Shown here piece after piece: positions 52,068 through 60,150 of a DNA stretch of 64,000 nt. The stretch is from Candidatus Binatia bacterium (GTDB taxonomy: Bacteria; Vulcanimicrobiota; Vulcanimicrobiia; Vulcanimicrobiales; Vulcanimicrobiaceae), in contig DATKHY010000003.1 of assembly GCA_035544215.1 (NCBI GenBank), positions 697,878 through 761,877 on the forward strand, given 5' to 3'. The position numbers and the translations under genes are program-made. The notes under the pieces are model-generated. The model was not told the DNA's origin, searched no databases, and worked only from the letters and a program-made list of their open reading frames with translations. Within the stretch, counting starts at the first letter, position 1, and every line of letters starts with the position of its first letter.

Positions 52068-53504
52068 ATGCAACGCATCCGCTTTATAACCGTCGCGCTT
52101 CTACTTTTCGCGATACCGCTCCAGATCATCGCGGATCCACCCGAACGCACCACCACGACTGCCGACCGTCAATCCATCAACCTGACCGTTTATAACGGGG
52201 GAACGGCGCTCATCCACGACCGCCGAACCTTGCGCCTGGACGACGGCCTCAATCGCATTGCGTGGCGAGACGTCAGCGCCCAGATGGACCCGACCTCGGC
52301 ATTGGTGGATGGCGGTGGATCGGCGAATGCGATCCGCGTCGTCGAGCAGAACTTCAACTTCGATCTGCTCGACCCATCCGCGCTGCTCGACAAGTACGTC
52401 GGCCAGGAGGTCACCGTCGTTCACGAAGCGCGCTTCGCCGGCGAGCGCGATGCGCGCGAAAGGGCGCGCATCCTCAGCACCAACGGCGGAATCGTCCTGC
52501 AGTATCGCGACCGCATAGAGACCCAGCTGCGTGGCTACATCATCTTTCCGGCCTCGCCGAAGAACTTTCGCGACCGCCCCACGCTTGATCTCGACCTGGA
52601 CAGCGGCGAGAGCGGGACCACGGCGTTGGATTTGAGCTATCTCACTAGTGGGCTCAGTTGGCGTGCGGATTATGTCGGCGTGGTCTCTTCGGATCAAAGG
52701 CACCTTTCCCTGACGGGCCTCGTGACGCTCTCCAACACGAGCGGCGCCTCATATGAAAACGCGCGACTGCAGCTGGTCGCGGGGAACGTCAATGTCGTCG
52801 GGCCCCCCTCCCTGTACGCCATGAAAACGATCGCGCGCGTCACTTCGAACGTGCAGCAGGAAAACTACTTCGAATATCACCTCTACACGCTCGCGCGCCC
52901 GACGAGCATCCTCGACAAGCAGACGAAGCAGCTCACGCTCCTGGCGGCACGGGGAATACCGATCCACGAAACCCTCGAGCTGCGCGGCTCTCCCGAGTAT
53001 TACCGGAACGCCGACTCCGACATCGGCGCTCGTCTGCCGGTTGGCGCGTACGTCACGTTCGAAAACCGCGGCGGCGATCTCGGCATTCCATTGCCGGGGG
53101 GAATCGTGCGGCTCTACAAAAGCGACTCTCGCGGTCTTTCCCAGTTCATGGGATCCGACCAGATCGATCACACGCCGCGGAACGAGACGGTGCGGCTGCA
53201 CCTCGGGGATTCCTTCGACGTGACCGCCCGCAAACGGCAGACGGAGTTTCGGTTCTCGAGCGCTTGTTCTGCGGACAGCTCCTATCAAATTGTGGTCGCG
53301 AACGCTAAGACGGTCGCTCAGAACGTGCTCGTCGTCGAACCGATTCCGGGCGACTGGCAGATCGTTGACGAAAACGTTTCGCACGTCAAGTCATCGGCAT
53401 TTACCGCTACCTGGAACCTTCGCGTTCCGGCCGACTCACGTTCTATGTTAACCTACACGGCGCGCGTGAGCTGGTGCTATGAAGGGACCGATCAAGCTCG
53501 TTAG
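52068..53504 (+). CDS. DUF4139-domain protein (MuiA-like)
   Basis: Signal is MQRIRFITVALLLFAIPLQ. NLTVYNGGTALIHDRR..., LSYLTSGLSWRADYVGVV and LVTLSNTSGASYENARLQLVAG fit the DUF4140/DUF4139 pattern. Confidence 0.75.
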   Translation: MQRIRFITVALLLFAIPLQIIADPPERTTTTADRQSINLTVYNGGTALIHDRRTLRLDDGLNRIAWRDVSAQMDPTSALVDGGGSANAIRVVEQNFNFDLLDPSALLDKYVGQEVTVVHEARFAGERDARERARILSTNGGIVLQYRDRIETQLRGYIIFPASPKNFRDRPTLDLDLDSGESGTTALDLSYLTSGLSWRADYVGVVSSDQRHLSLTGLVTLSNTSGASYENARLQLVAGNVNVVGPPSLYAMKTIARVTSNVQQENYFEYHLYTLARPTSILDKQTKQLTLLAARGIPIHETLELRGSPEYYRNADSDIGARLPVGAYVTFENRGGDLGIPLPGGIVRLYKSDSRGLSQFMGSDQIDHTPRNETVRLHLGDSFDVTARKRQTEFRFSSACSADSSYQIVVANAKTVAQNVLVVEPIPGDWQIVDENVSHVKSSAFTATWNLRVPADSRSMLTYTARVSWCYEGTDQAR

Positions 53505-53704
53505 CGGGGTCTCGCCATCTCGGGTCCGACGAAGCGCTGCGGCGCTTGGAGGGACGGCGAAACCGGGGTTCGATGCACGGCCGCGGGCGGCGCACCGATC
53601 GGCAACAGCGTGAAGTCCTGAGCGTCCCGAGGTTCGCCGCAGCCCGCGAGGAGCATGGCGAGAATGGTTGCCCCGATAATGTAGCGGCCACGACTAAAGC
53701 GCAT
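53501..53704 (-). CDS. Possible 67-aa lipoprotein
   Basis: MRFSRGRYIIGATILAMLLAGCGEPRDAQDF... has a good lipobox and fills an otherwise empty intergenic gap. It could also be a gene remnant. Confidence 0.3.
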   Translation of the reverse strand: MRFSRGRYIIGATILAMLLAGCGEPRDAQDFTLLPIGAPPAAVHRTPVSPSLQAPQRFVGPEMARPR

Positions 53705-53788
53705 CGCGTTCAACTCCTCGTTGCATGGACGACTGGGGGGACGGGGACCGTTCACGGGTTCGGGCACGAAAACCTGGAATACAGCCGC

Positions 53789-54445
53789 GTGAAGGTTACC
53801 GCCTCGATGATGATCGCTCTAGCGAGCCTCGTAGTCTATCTCGCGCTCGCCGTCGCAGGCATGGGTGGGCTCGCCGCCTTCTTCGCGCACCCCGCGTTGA
53901 TCGCGACCGCGATACTGTTCCTCGTTTTCACGATCGCCGGGGTGTTTGCCGGCGGTAACGTGAGCCCGGGCGAGAGAGAGGATCGCAGCAACCGGTGGGT
54001 CTTGTTGCCTATCATCGTCATCGGACTGGTGTCGGCGTTTGTGGCCCCGTGGACCGACCGCATCGGCTTCTGGACGATCGACGGCGAGGCGACGCGCTGG
54101 CTCGGCGTTGCGCTAATCGCCGTCGGCGGGACGCTGCGCATCGCGCCGGTCTTCATCCTCGGCAACCGCTTCAGCGGCCTCGTCGCGATTCAGCCCGGGC
54201 ACATGCTCGTGACGACCGGGCTGTACGCGCGCATCCGCCATCCCAGTTACCTCGGATTGCTCGTCAGCGCTCTGGGTTGGTGCCTTGCTTTTCGCTCCGG
54301 CGTGGGCGTTTTGCTCACGTTGCTGCTCGTGCCGCCCGTCGTCGCGCGAATGAACTCGGAAGAGGCGCTGCTCAGCTCACAGTTCGGCGCGGACTACGAC
54401 GCGTATCGCTCGCGAACGTCGCGGTTGGTGCCGGGGGTGTATTGA
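53789..54445 (+). CDS. Isoprenylcysteine carboxyl methyltransferase (ICMT)/phospholipid methyltransferase family membrane protein
   Basis: ORF track gives 53546..54445; the start is probably GTG 53789 or ATG 53807, before the first TM helix. Signature: LVTTGLYARIRHPSYLGLLVSALGW. Confidence 0.8.
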   Translation: MKVTASMMIALASLVVYLALAVAGMGGLAAFFAHPALIATAILFLVFTIAGVFAGGNVSPGEREDRSNRWVLLPIIVIGLVSAFVAPWTDRIGFWTIDGEATRWLGVALIAVGGTLRIAPVFILGNRFSGLVAIQPGHMLVTTGLYARIRHPSYLGLLVSALGWCLAFRSGVGVLLTLLLVPPVVARMNSEEALLSSQFGADYDAYRSRTSRLVPGVY

Positions 54446-54447
54446 CG

Positions 54448-54469
54448 GTAGCGCGTTGCAACGCGCTAC
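54448..54469. other. Perfect 22-bp palindrome GTAGCGCGTTGCAACGCGCTAC
   Basis: It starts 3 nt after the ICMT stop and has no T-run. It could be a hairpin terminator or a protein-binding site. Confidence 0.3.
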
Positions 54470-54479
54470 AAATAGTTTC

Positions 54480-54606
54480 CCTCTGACATCCAACGCTGCT
54501 TCCTGCAGCATCCACGATCGGCGGCTGCGATCCGCCGCACCCTGCCAGCAAGGCCGCAGCACCGCCGATCCAAAGCACGCCGCGCGGCTATTGCAATTAT
54601 CTTCAT
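54480..54606 (-). pseudogene. Truncated, frameshifted 5-prime remnant of a lipoprotein gene
   Basis: ATG 54606 gives MKIIAIAARRAL. In the next frame follows IGGAAALLAGCGGSQPPIVDAAG, nearly the same signal peptide as genes 32326..33273 and 54705..55784. The frame then runs antisense into the ICMT gene end. Confidence 0.35.
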
Positions 54607-54704
54607 TACTTATGCCACGTTGAATGCCCGCTCTCGGTTTGCGTCGTAAAAGTCGAGCTACTCAGCGCCGTGCCTAGATCTTGTCCGTGATCAAAACAAT
54701 CGAG

Positions 54705-55784
54705 TCATTCTCGGGGGAAGACCAGCTCGCCGATCTTGTTTCTGAACCCCTCGGCAAACCACATGTTCCCATCCGGGCCCTTAACGATACCAACTACCTG
54801 GAACTTTGGCTGGCTCCCGTTAATCGCGCCCGGCAGTTTGTAATCGTTCACGACCTGCCCTTGGAGATTCATGGAGATTATGTGACCTACGAACGGCTGG
54901 GTTATCCACCAATTCCCGTCCGGGCCTAGTGCTATACCGTCGCCCTGATCTGCTATCGAATACTTCGTAATTTGTCCATCGGGTGTAATCTTTCCGACCC
55001 ACGCGTTGGTCTTCGGACCATCAGCCGCGGTAAACCATACATTGCCGTCGGGGCCTTCCGTAACGTTCCACACACCGTCCGCCGCAACAATAGGAAAGTT
55101 GGTAATCGCCCCGTCGGCCGTCACGCGGGTTATTTGCGGGCAGTTTCCGCTGTCGCCGATCCAGAATGTTTCACCTTCGCCCACTGCCAATGGGCCCGGG
55201 TAGCAGTAAAAACCAGGCAAACGTATCGTTTTTACCAGCTTGGGTTTAATGGTGAGCTCGTCGAGGTTACCCGAGTATACTCCCGTTCCCGGGGACGTGG
55301 CTACCATCCATAGATGCCGCCGTGCGGACACGATGCCCGCAGTCCATCCACATCCCGATTGGCCACACACCCTGTACTGGGATATCAGCCCATTTTTGAC
55401 TAGACCAATGGTTTGAGTGTAGTAGTCGGTAAACCAAACGTTTCCATCGGGACCGTGCGTAAAATGATAGGCCGAATCGTACCCAGAACCATTGCGCTTC
55501 TCGGGTAGGGCGTGCGCCGTGACGGCACCGTTAGGGAGCATTCGTCCAAGATACGGATAAAAGGAGTTAAACCAAAGAGCTCCCGCCGAGTCGAACGCGA
55601 GCTGGTAGAGATCCTCGAGCTTTTTGTTCTTGACAACGTACTCCTTAAGAACGGGGCCGCTCCTCCGCAGAGCGCTTTGGTTCGCCCGGGCCGCCCCGCC
55701 GATCGGCAGCTGCAATCCGCCGCAGCCCGCAAGCAATGCGCCTGCGGCTCCGATGCTAAGCGCGAAGCGAGCTAAGGTTCCCAT
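54705..55784 (-). CDS. Vgb (virginiamycin B lyase)-type beta-propeller lipoprotein
   Basis: Signal is MGTLARFALSIGAAGALLAGCGG. Repeated GPDGN(V/W/M)WFT blades: THGPDGNVWFTDYY, TEGPDGNVWFTAADG, ALGPDGNWWITQP, VKGPDGNMWFAEGF. Confidence 0.8.
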   Translation of the reverse strand: MGTLARFALSIGAAGALLAGCGGLQLPIGGAARANQSALRRSGPVLKEYVVKNKKLEDLYQLAFDSAGALWFNSFYPYLGRMLPNGAVTAHALPEKRNGSGYDSAYHFTHGPDGNVWFTDYYTQTIGLVKNGLISQYRVCGQSGCGWTAGIVSARRHLWMVATSPGTGVYSGNLDELTIKPKLVKTIRLPGFYCYPGPLAVGEGETFWIGDSGNCPQITRVTADGAITNFPIVAADGVWNVTEGPDGNVWFTAADGPKTNAWVGKITPDGQITKYSIADQGDGIALGPDGNWWITQPFVGHIISMNLQGQVVNDYKLPGAINGSQPKFQVVGIVKGPDGNMWFAEGFRNKIGELVFPRE

Positions 55785-55824
55785 GTGCCATGCCTCCCCG
55801 AAGCTGAACGGACGAGCGACTGAG

Positions 55825-55852
55825 AACGTTCGGCGGCCGCGCCGTCAGTTCC
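55825..55852 (-). promoter_or_regulatory. ECF-like promoter candidate GGAAC-N19-CGTT in a conserved leader
   Basis: In gene orientation: GGAACTGACGGCGCGGCCGCCGAACGTTC. It lies about 40 nt upstream of ATG 55784 and is followed by the conserved TCCGTTCAGCTTCGGGGAGG leader/RBS. Confidence 0.35.
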
Positions 55853-56060
55853 ATCGCGGGAGCCAGGCCGCCAAGAGTGAAGCCGTCTCGCGGCTCGCTC
55901 CGAGGTCCCCGCGCTGATCGGCGCCCCTCGTCCCGTCTGGCTTCGGTCGAAGTTTGCCGGTTCTCAGGATCATGCTTATCCGCGTACGGCGGGGCTTCCT
56001 GAAAGCAAGAAACAGGGCAGTGACACCTCCCGGTGAGATGGAAGCTAACGGACACCTAAG

Positions 56061-57008
56061 ATGTTGATCGGCGATTGGATCTCAATTTCGTGGCCCAACG
56101 CGACGGCGATGCTGACTATCTATTGGCTCGTCAAAGCGTTCTGGCCGCTCACGATCCTTGCTGCCATCGCCGTGTGGTTCTGGTGGCGGCGGCGTTCGAG
56201 TGTAGGAGCGCGCATCGTTGCCGGCCTCGCCGCAGCGCTTTGGGTGTGCTCGGCTATCCCGTATCTATATTTCGTGGGTGGGCAAATCGCGTTCGCGGCG
56301 CAGGTACGGTCGCGGCAGGAGACGCTGAGGGACGCTACCGTGATTGCGGGCATCCGTCTTCCCGCCGGGACGCTCGTAACGCATCCGACTGCGCAAGCGC
56401 GGAACGAGATCGCGTCGCTCGATCTTCAACAAGAGGCTAGCGTTTACGGGACGCCGTTGACGGGACACGTCGACTTCAACAACGGGCAGCCAAATGGATT
56501 CGTAACGCTTGCGCGAGATGCGGCGATCGGCGGCATCCCCTGTTCCTCGGATGCGCAGGTGCAACTCAAGGATGGGAAGGTCGACACGTGCACGATGTCG
56601 CGCTCGAGCATCGTCCGCGGGATTCCGTGCCGGGGTGAGGTGTCATTAAGCAACGGGACGCAGTGCGTGCTTTCCTCGGACTATCGGAGCTTCGGCGTTA
56701 CGTGGCGGGCAGGCACGCAGGCGAGCATCGACGGAAATGGCGGGTCGTTCGACATCATGGCGCAACCACCGAATCTCCACGTGGTCGGTTCGCCTCTTCC
56801 CAGTCGCGCGATCGTCGAGTTTACCGGCGGGCGTCTCTACGGAGTAAACTTCACGATCAATCCATGGCGCATGCAAGGATGCACGATCAATTACATCGCC
56901 GTTGCATACGGCGCTGCGCCCGGCAAAACGACCGGTGCGTGCCGCCTCCCGCGAGGGCGCGACGGTAACGTCGTATTACCACCGACCGCGTTTACGGTTA
57001 ACTCCTAG
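56061..57008 (+). CDS. Hypothetical membrane protein (3 N-terminal TM helices plus beta-rich domain)
   Basis: 315 aa. TM helices: LTIYWLVKAFWPLTILAAIAVWFWW, IVAGLAAALWVCSAIPYLYFV. No family recognised. Confidence 0.6.
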   Translation: MLIGDWISISWPNATAMLTIYWLVKAFWPLTILAAIAVWFWWRRRSSVGARIVAGLAAALWVCSAIPYLYFVGGQIAFAAQVRSRQETLRDATVIAGIRLPAGTLVTHPTAQARNEIASLDLQQEASVYGTPLTGHVDFNNGQPNGFVTLARDAAIGGIPCSSDAQVQLKDGKVDTCTMSRSSIVRGIPCRGEVSLSNGTQCVLSSDYRSFGVTWRAGTQASIDGNGGSFDIMAQPPNLHVVGSPLPSRAIVEFTGGRLYGVNFTINPWRMQGCTINYIAVAYGAAPGKTTGACRLPRGRDGNVVLPPTAFTVNS

Positions 57009-57010
57009 TC

Positions 57011-57058
57011 GCCCTTCGCCCTTCGAGACGCGCGCTTCGCGCGCTCCTCAGGATGACA
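57011..57058 (+). repeat. REP-like interspersed repeat unit
   Basis: GCCCTTCGCCCTTCGAGACGCGCGCTTCGCGCGCTCCTCAGGATGACA lies between convergent genes. Confidence 0.65.
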
Positions 57059-57102
57059 ACAGGAGGGGGCGAGTGTTTGATGCTCGCCCCCGTTTCTGTT
57101 TG

Positions 57103-58389
57103 TTAGTAGGCTTTGATGCCGTGTGGAGTTCCCCATCCGGCCGGGCCGCTGTACTTTTGGTAGCCGCCACCGGTCTTTGGCAGGCCGGCTTCGCAGAGAT
57201 AATCGCCGCAACTGCCGTCGCTGCCGGAAGTGATTTGGTGCAGCTGCAGCCGGTGTTTCCTCGGCGAAAGGTCCCAAAACGTCTCGCCGCCCGTCAAGCT
57301 GCCCGGGTTATCGACGAGACCGACGATGCCGGCCGTCAGCGGCGCCGCGACGCTCGTTCCACAGATGTCCAACCAGCCGCCGTAACTGCTGATGTACTCG
57401 GCCACGCCGGGGCTACAGCCCGCTTCGGCCGAGATGTCCGCGATGGTTCGGCCGTTGCAGTCCGGATCGTGCTGCCATTTCGGCTTGGGAGTGGTAGTCG
57501 CGCAGCCGGCTCCCGCGCCGTCCCAGGCGCTTTCGCTATAGGTCGAGCCTGACTTTGCCAATTGCGTGCCGCCTATGGCGAGCACGTTTGCGAGCGCCGC
57601 CGGCCACTCGATCTCCGGATATCCGTTGTCGCCGGACGACGCTATATAACCGACGCCGGGTGTATTGAAGTAGTTCGGAAAGTTCGAATCACCGCAATTC
57701 TCGCCGTAGTTGAAGCTGCTGCAGCCCCAGCTGTTGCTAAGGATCTTGGCACCGAGCTTCACGGCGGTGGCTTCGGCTTTTTCCAAGCCGCAGACCACGG
57801 CACCACAGTTGCCGCCTTCGATCAAGTAGATCGTACATTTGGGGCAGCTTACCGAGACCATTTCGATGTCGAGATCGGTCTCGATGCACCAACCGAAGTT
57901 CTGGCAGCTCTCAGGATAGTTGCTTTCCTGCCCTTCCTCATTGAACTTCGAGAATGTCGCCGTTCCCAATCCGAACGTAGTGCGGTAGGTCGCGAGATCC
58001 GACTGGGCAGTAGGTAAGTCGCCCAGCTCGATGAGCGCGACTATCGTTCCCGATCCCTTGCCCAGCGAGGGGGTAAGGTTATAGCGAGTTTGCAGGTCGG
58101 CGGGCTGCCAGCCGCAGTTGTCGCCAGAGGGCGAGCAAGGCGGCTTCCCACCCCTGTTGACGATCAACACATGGCACATTACGCGTCCGACTAACAGTTT
58201 GCAGCCGGGCCGGGCTTCGTGCTTGGCTTTCCACTCCGGCACAAAGTGCGCGGAAGCGGAAGTACCGCCTTGCGACGCGACACCGGCCGTCGGAGTACTC
58301 GATGGGCCGGCCCCGTTACAGCCGGCGATCGCTAGCGCCACCACCAGCGAAGAAAGTTTCAAGGATACTCTCACAAACGCTCCTCTCAA
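57103..58389 (-). CDS. Peptidase S53 (sedolisin/kumamolisin-like) lipoprotein
   Basis: Lipobox LAIAGCNG. GWQPADLQTRYNL...GSGTIVALIELGD...DLATYRTTFGL is typical of the sedolisin mature N-terminus. The serine motif is GTSVAAPLTAGIV. Confidence 0.8.
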   Translation of the reverse strand: MRGAFVRVSLKLSSLVVALAIAGCNGAGPSSTPTAGVASQGGTSASAHFVPEWKAKHEARPGCKLLVGRVMCHVLIVNRGGKPPCSPSGDNCGWQPADLQTRYNLTPSLGKGSGTIVALIELGDLPTAQSDLATYRTTFGLGTATFSKFNEEGQESNYPESCQNFGWCIETDLDIEMVSVSCPKCTIYLIEGGNCGAVVCGLEKAEATAVKLGAKILSNSWGCSSFNYGENCGDSNFPNYFNTPGVGYIASSGDNGYPEIEWPAALANVLAIGGTQLAKSGSTYSESAWDGAGAGCATTTPKPKWQHDPDCNGRTIADISAEAGCSPGVAEYISSYGGWLDICGTSVAAPLTAGIVGLVDNPGSLTGGETFWDLSPRKHRLQLHQITSGSDGSCGDYLCEAGLPKTGGGYQKYSGPAGWGTPHGIKAY

Positions 58390-58450
58390 TAGGTAGACAT
58401 GGGGGGCACGAGTTACTTATGAGGAAACGCAGCAGTTGCCTCCCACTCAA

Positions 58451-58540
58451 CCTTCGTCCTTCGTCTCGCTCCGCTCGCTCAGGACTGCGCATCACTCCCG
58501 CCCTTCGACTGCGGCGCTGCGCGCCGCGCTCAGGATGACA
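58451..58540 (+). repeat. REP-like interspersed repeat, two units
   Basis: CCTTCGTCCTTCGTCTCGCTCCGCTCGCTCAGGACTG and CCCGCCCTTCGACTGCGGCGCTGCGCGCCGCGCTCAGGATGACA. Confidence 0.65.
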
Positions 58541-58566
58541 GAGAGAACTCGGGATAACGCAAGTGG

Positions 58567-59007
58567 CTATTGGGGATTCGCAGGGGCTTCGTCGTTGAAG
58601 AAGCCGACGATCGTATTATTGGAGTCGATGACGAACATGATGGGTTGCGAACCCTTCTCGAAGTCGGCGCGGTAATGGTAGCGCCGATACTGCTGCATCG
58701 AGTCCGCGCGCAAAAATTGCAACTGCCGGAACTTCCCTAGCCCCGCGAATGCGTCGTTGATCTGCGCCAACAGTTGCTGCGTGAAGCCCTGCCGCATCTG
58801 CGACGAGATGCCGCTTGGGACATGGCCTGCGAGCACCGTCTTGAAGAAGGTGGTGAAGCGGCCCGTCTGCCCGCTGTCGGGCGCCGGCGCCGATTTGAGT
58901 TCCGGCGGAGCGGGCTGCGCGTCGGGCGGCGCCGGCTGTGCGCAGACCGGCGCTGCGGCGCTCATCATGAGCCCACAGAACAGCGCGGCGGCAACTTTCG
59001 AGATCAT
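58567..59007 (-). CDS. Small secreted protein, tandem paralog 2
   Basis: 146 aa with signal MISKVAAALFCGLMMSAAAPVCA. It shares FF.TVLAGHVP.G.ISSQMRQGFTQQLL.QI..AFAG.GKFR.LQF with the upstream gene. Confidence 0.65.
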   Translation of the reverse strand: MISKVAAALFCGLMMSAAAPVCAQPAPPDAQPAPPELKSAPAPDSGQTGRFTTFFKTVLAGHVPSGISSQMRQGFTQQLLAQINDAFAGLGKFRQLQFLRADSMQQYRRYHYRADFEKGSQPIMFVIDSNNTIVGFFNDEAPANPQ

Positions 59008-59008
59008 C

Positions 59009-59425
59009 TTAGGATTTGTCCTGAAAGAAGCCCACGATTGTTCCGTTCGAATCGAGGATGAACACTATGCCTTGCGACCCGTTTTCAAAGACGGCCATGT
59101 AATGGTAGCGCAAATACTGCTGGATCGTGTCCGCGCTGACGAACTGCAGCTCCCGAAACTTGCCCTCTCCGGCGAACGCAGCGGCGATCTGCCCCAATAG
59201 TTGTTGCGTGAAGCCCTGCCGCATCTGCGAAGAGATGTTTCCGCCCGGAACGTGTCCCGCAAGCACCGTCGTGAAGAAGCTCGTGAAGTCCGCCGTCTGT
59301 TTGCTGGTCGGCGCCGGGGCCGATGGAGTAGCGGGCCCCGAAGTGGGCACCGGGGGCGGTGCGGAGGGTACCGCGCCAAACGTGGCTCCGCAGAGCAACG
59401 CCGCGACGGCGAGTTTCGAGAGCAT
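59009..59425 (-). CDS. Small secreted protein, tandem paralog 1
   Basis: 138 aa with signal MLSKLAVAALLCGATFGA. The mature part is more than half identical, by eye, to 58567..59007. There is a 1-nt gap between the two genes. Confidence 0.65.
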   Translation of the reverse strand: MLSKLAVAALLCGATFGAVPSAPPPVPTSGPATPSAPAPTSKQTADFTSFFTTVLAGHVPGGNISSQMRQGFTQQLLGQIAAAFAGEGKFRELQFVSADTIQQYLRYHYMAVFENGSQGIVFILDSNGTIVGFFQDKS

Positions 59426-59614
59426 TTAGGTCGAGCGTCCTTTCCTACGGAGCATTGCGCGAGCCTTTTCGATTCGCCGCGACCGCGCCTCGAGTCTTTT
59501 CGCGTCTTCGATCCAAAGCACATATTCTTTGCGATGCGTGTACGATAAGCTGTCGTACGCTCGCCTTTCGACCGCAGTCATCGCCTCCGCGAAGCCTCGG
59601 GGTAAGTCCGTCAC
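59426..59614 (-). CDS. YdeI/OmpD-associated (OmdA) domain small protein
   Basis: The GTG at 59614 overlaps the stop of the upstream lipocalin-like gene (GTGA). VTDLPRGFAEAMTAVERRAYDSLSYTHRKEYVLWIEDAKRLEARSRRIEKARAMLRRKG matches the OmdA pattern. Confidence 0.6.
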   Translation of the reverse strand: MTDLPRGFAEAMTAVERRAYDSLSYTHRKEYVLWIEDAKRLEARSRRIEKARAMLRRKGRST

Positions 59615-60150
59615 GCGCGCTTCCACACGAGCACGTTCGAACTGCCCCAGATCTCGGGCGGCAGCGTGCGGATGGTCAGCGTGTCGCCGGCGAGCTTGAA
59701 CTGGCGCTCGAGCGTGACGCCGACCAGATCGGTAAAGACGCTCACCTCGACGTGGTGAAACACGCGGTCGCCGCGGATCTCGTAGCGGCCGGCGTAGGCG
59801 AGAAAGTTGCGCAGTGACTCGCTGCGTGCAGTCTCGGACGCGCTCGTTCCGGTGGGCGAGTGGAGTTCCGGGCGATGGGTGCCGCCGAGCACCGCGGCCA
59901 TGCGGTCCTGCGCGGTATAAATAAGGTAGCCTACCGGCGAGGGGCCGAAGCGCGGCTCTTCGGTGGCCTTGCCTTCGTCCACGTTGAAGCTCACGAGGCT
60001 CCACGCACCGACGACGCCGGCCGGTTCGGCCGCAACAGCTGGGACGGTCGCGATCGCCGCGAGCACGCCGAACGAGGCCGCCGCTTCCAGCAGGCCCTTG
60101 CGAGACAACGATTGTAATTGCGGTGAATCACCGCGAGTAAATAACGCCAT
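59611..60150 (-). CDS. Lipocalin-like domain secreted protein
   Basis: Start is ATG 60150 or TTG 60108. VVGAWSLVSFNV...PVGYLIYTAQDRMAAVL...FLAYAGRYEIRGDRVFHHVEVS...GDTLTI fits the lipocalin-like (Lipocalin_5-type) pattern. Confidence 0.7.
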   Translation of the reverse strand: MALFTRGDSPQLQSLSRKGLLEAAASFGVLAAIATVPAVAAEPAGVVGAWSLVSFNVDEGKATEEPRFGPSPVGYLIYTAQDRMAAVLGGTHRPELHSPTGTSASETARSESLRNFLAYAGRYEIRGDRVFHHVEVSVFTDLVGVTLERQFKLAGDTLTIRTLPPEIWGSSNVLVWKRA

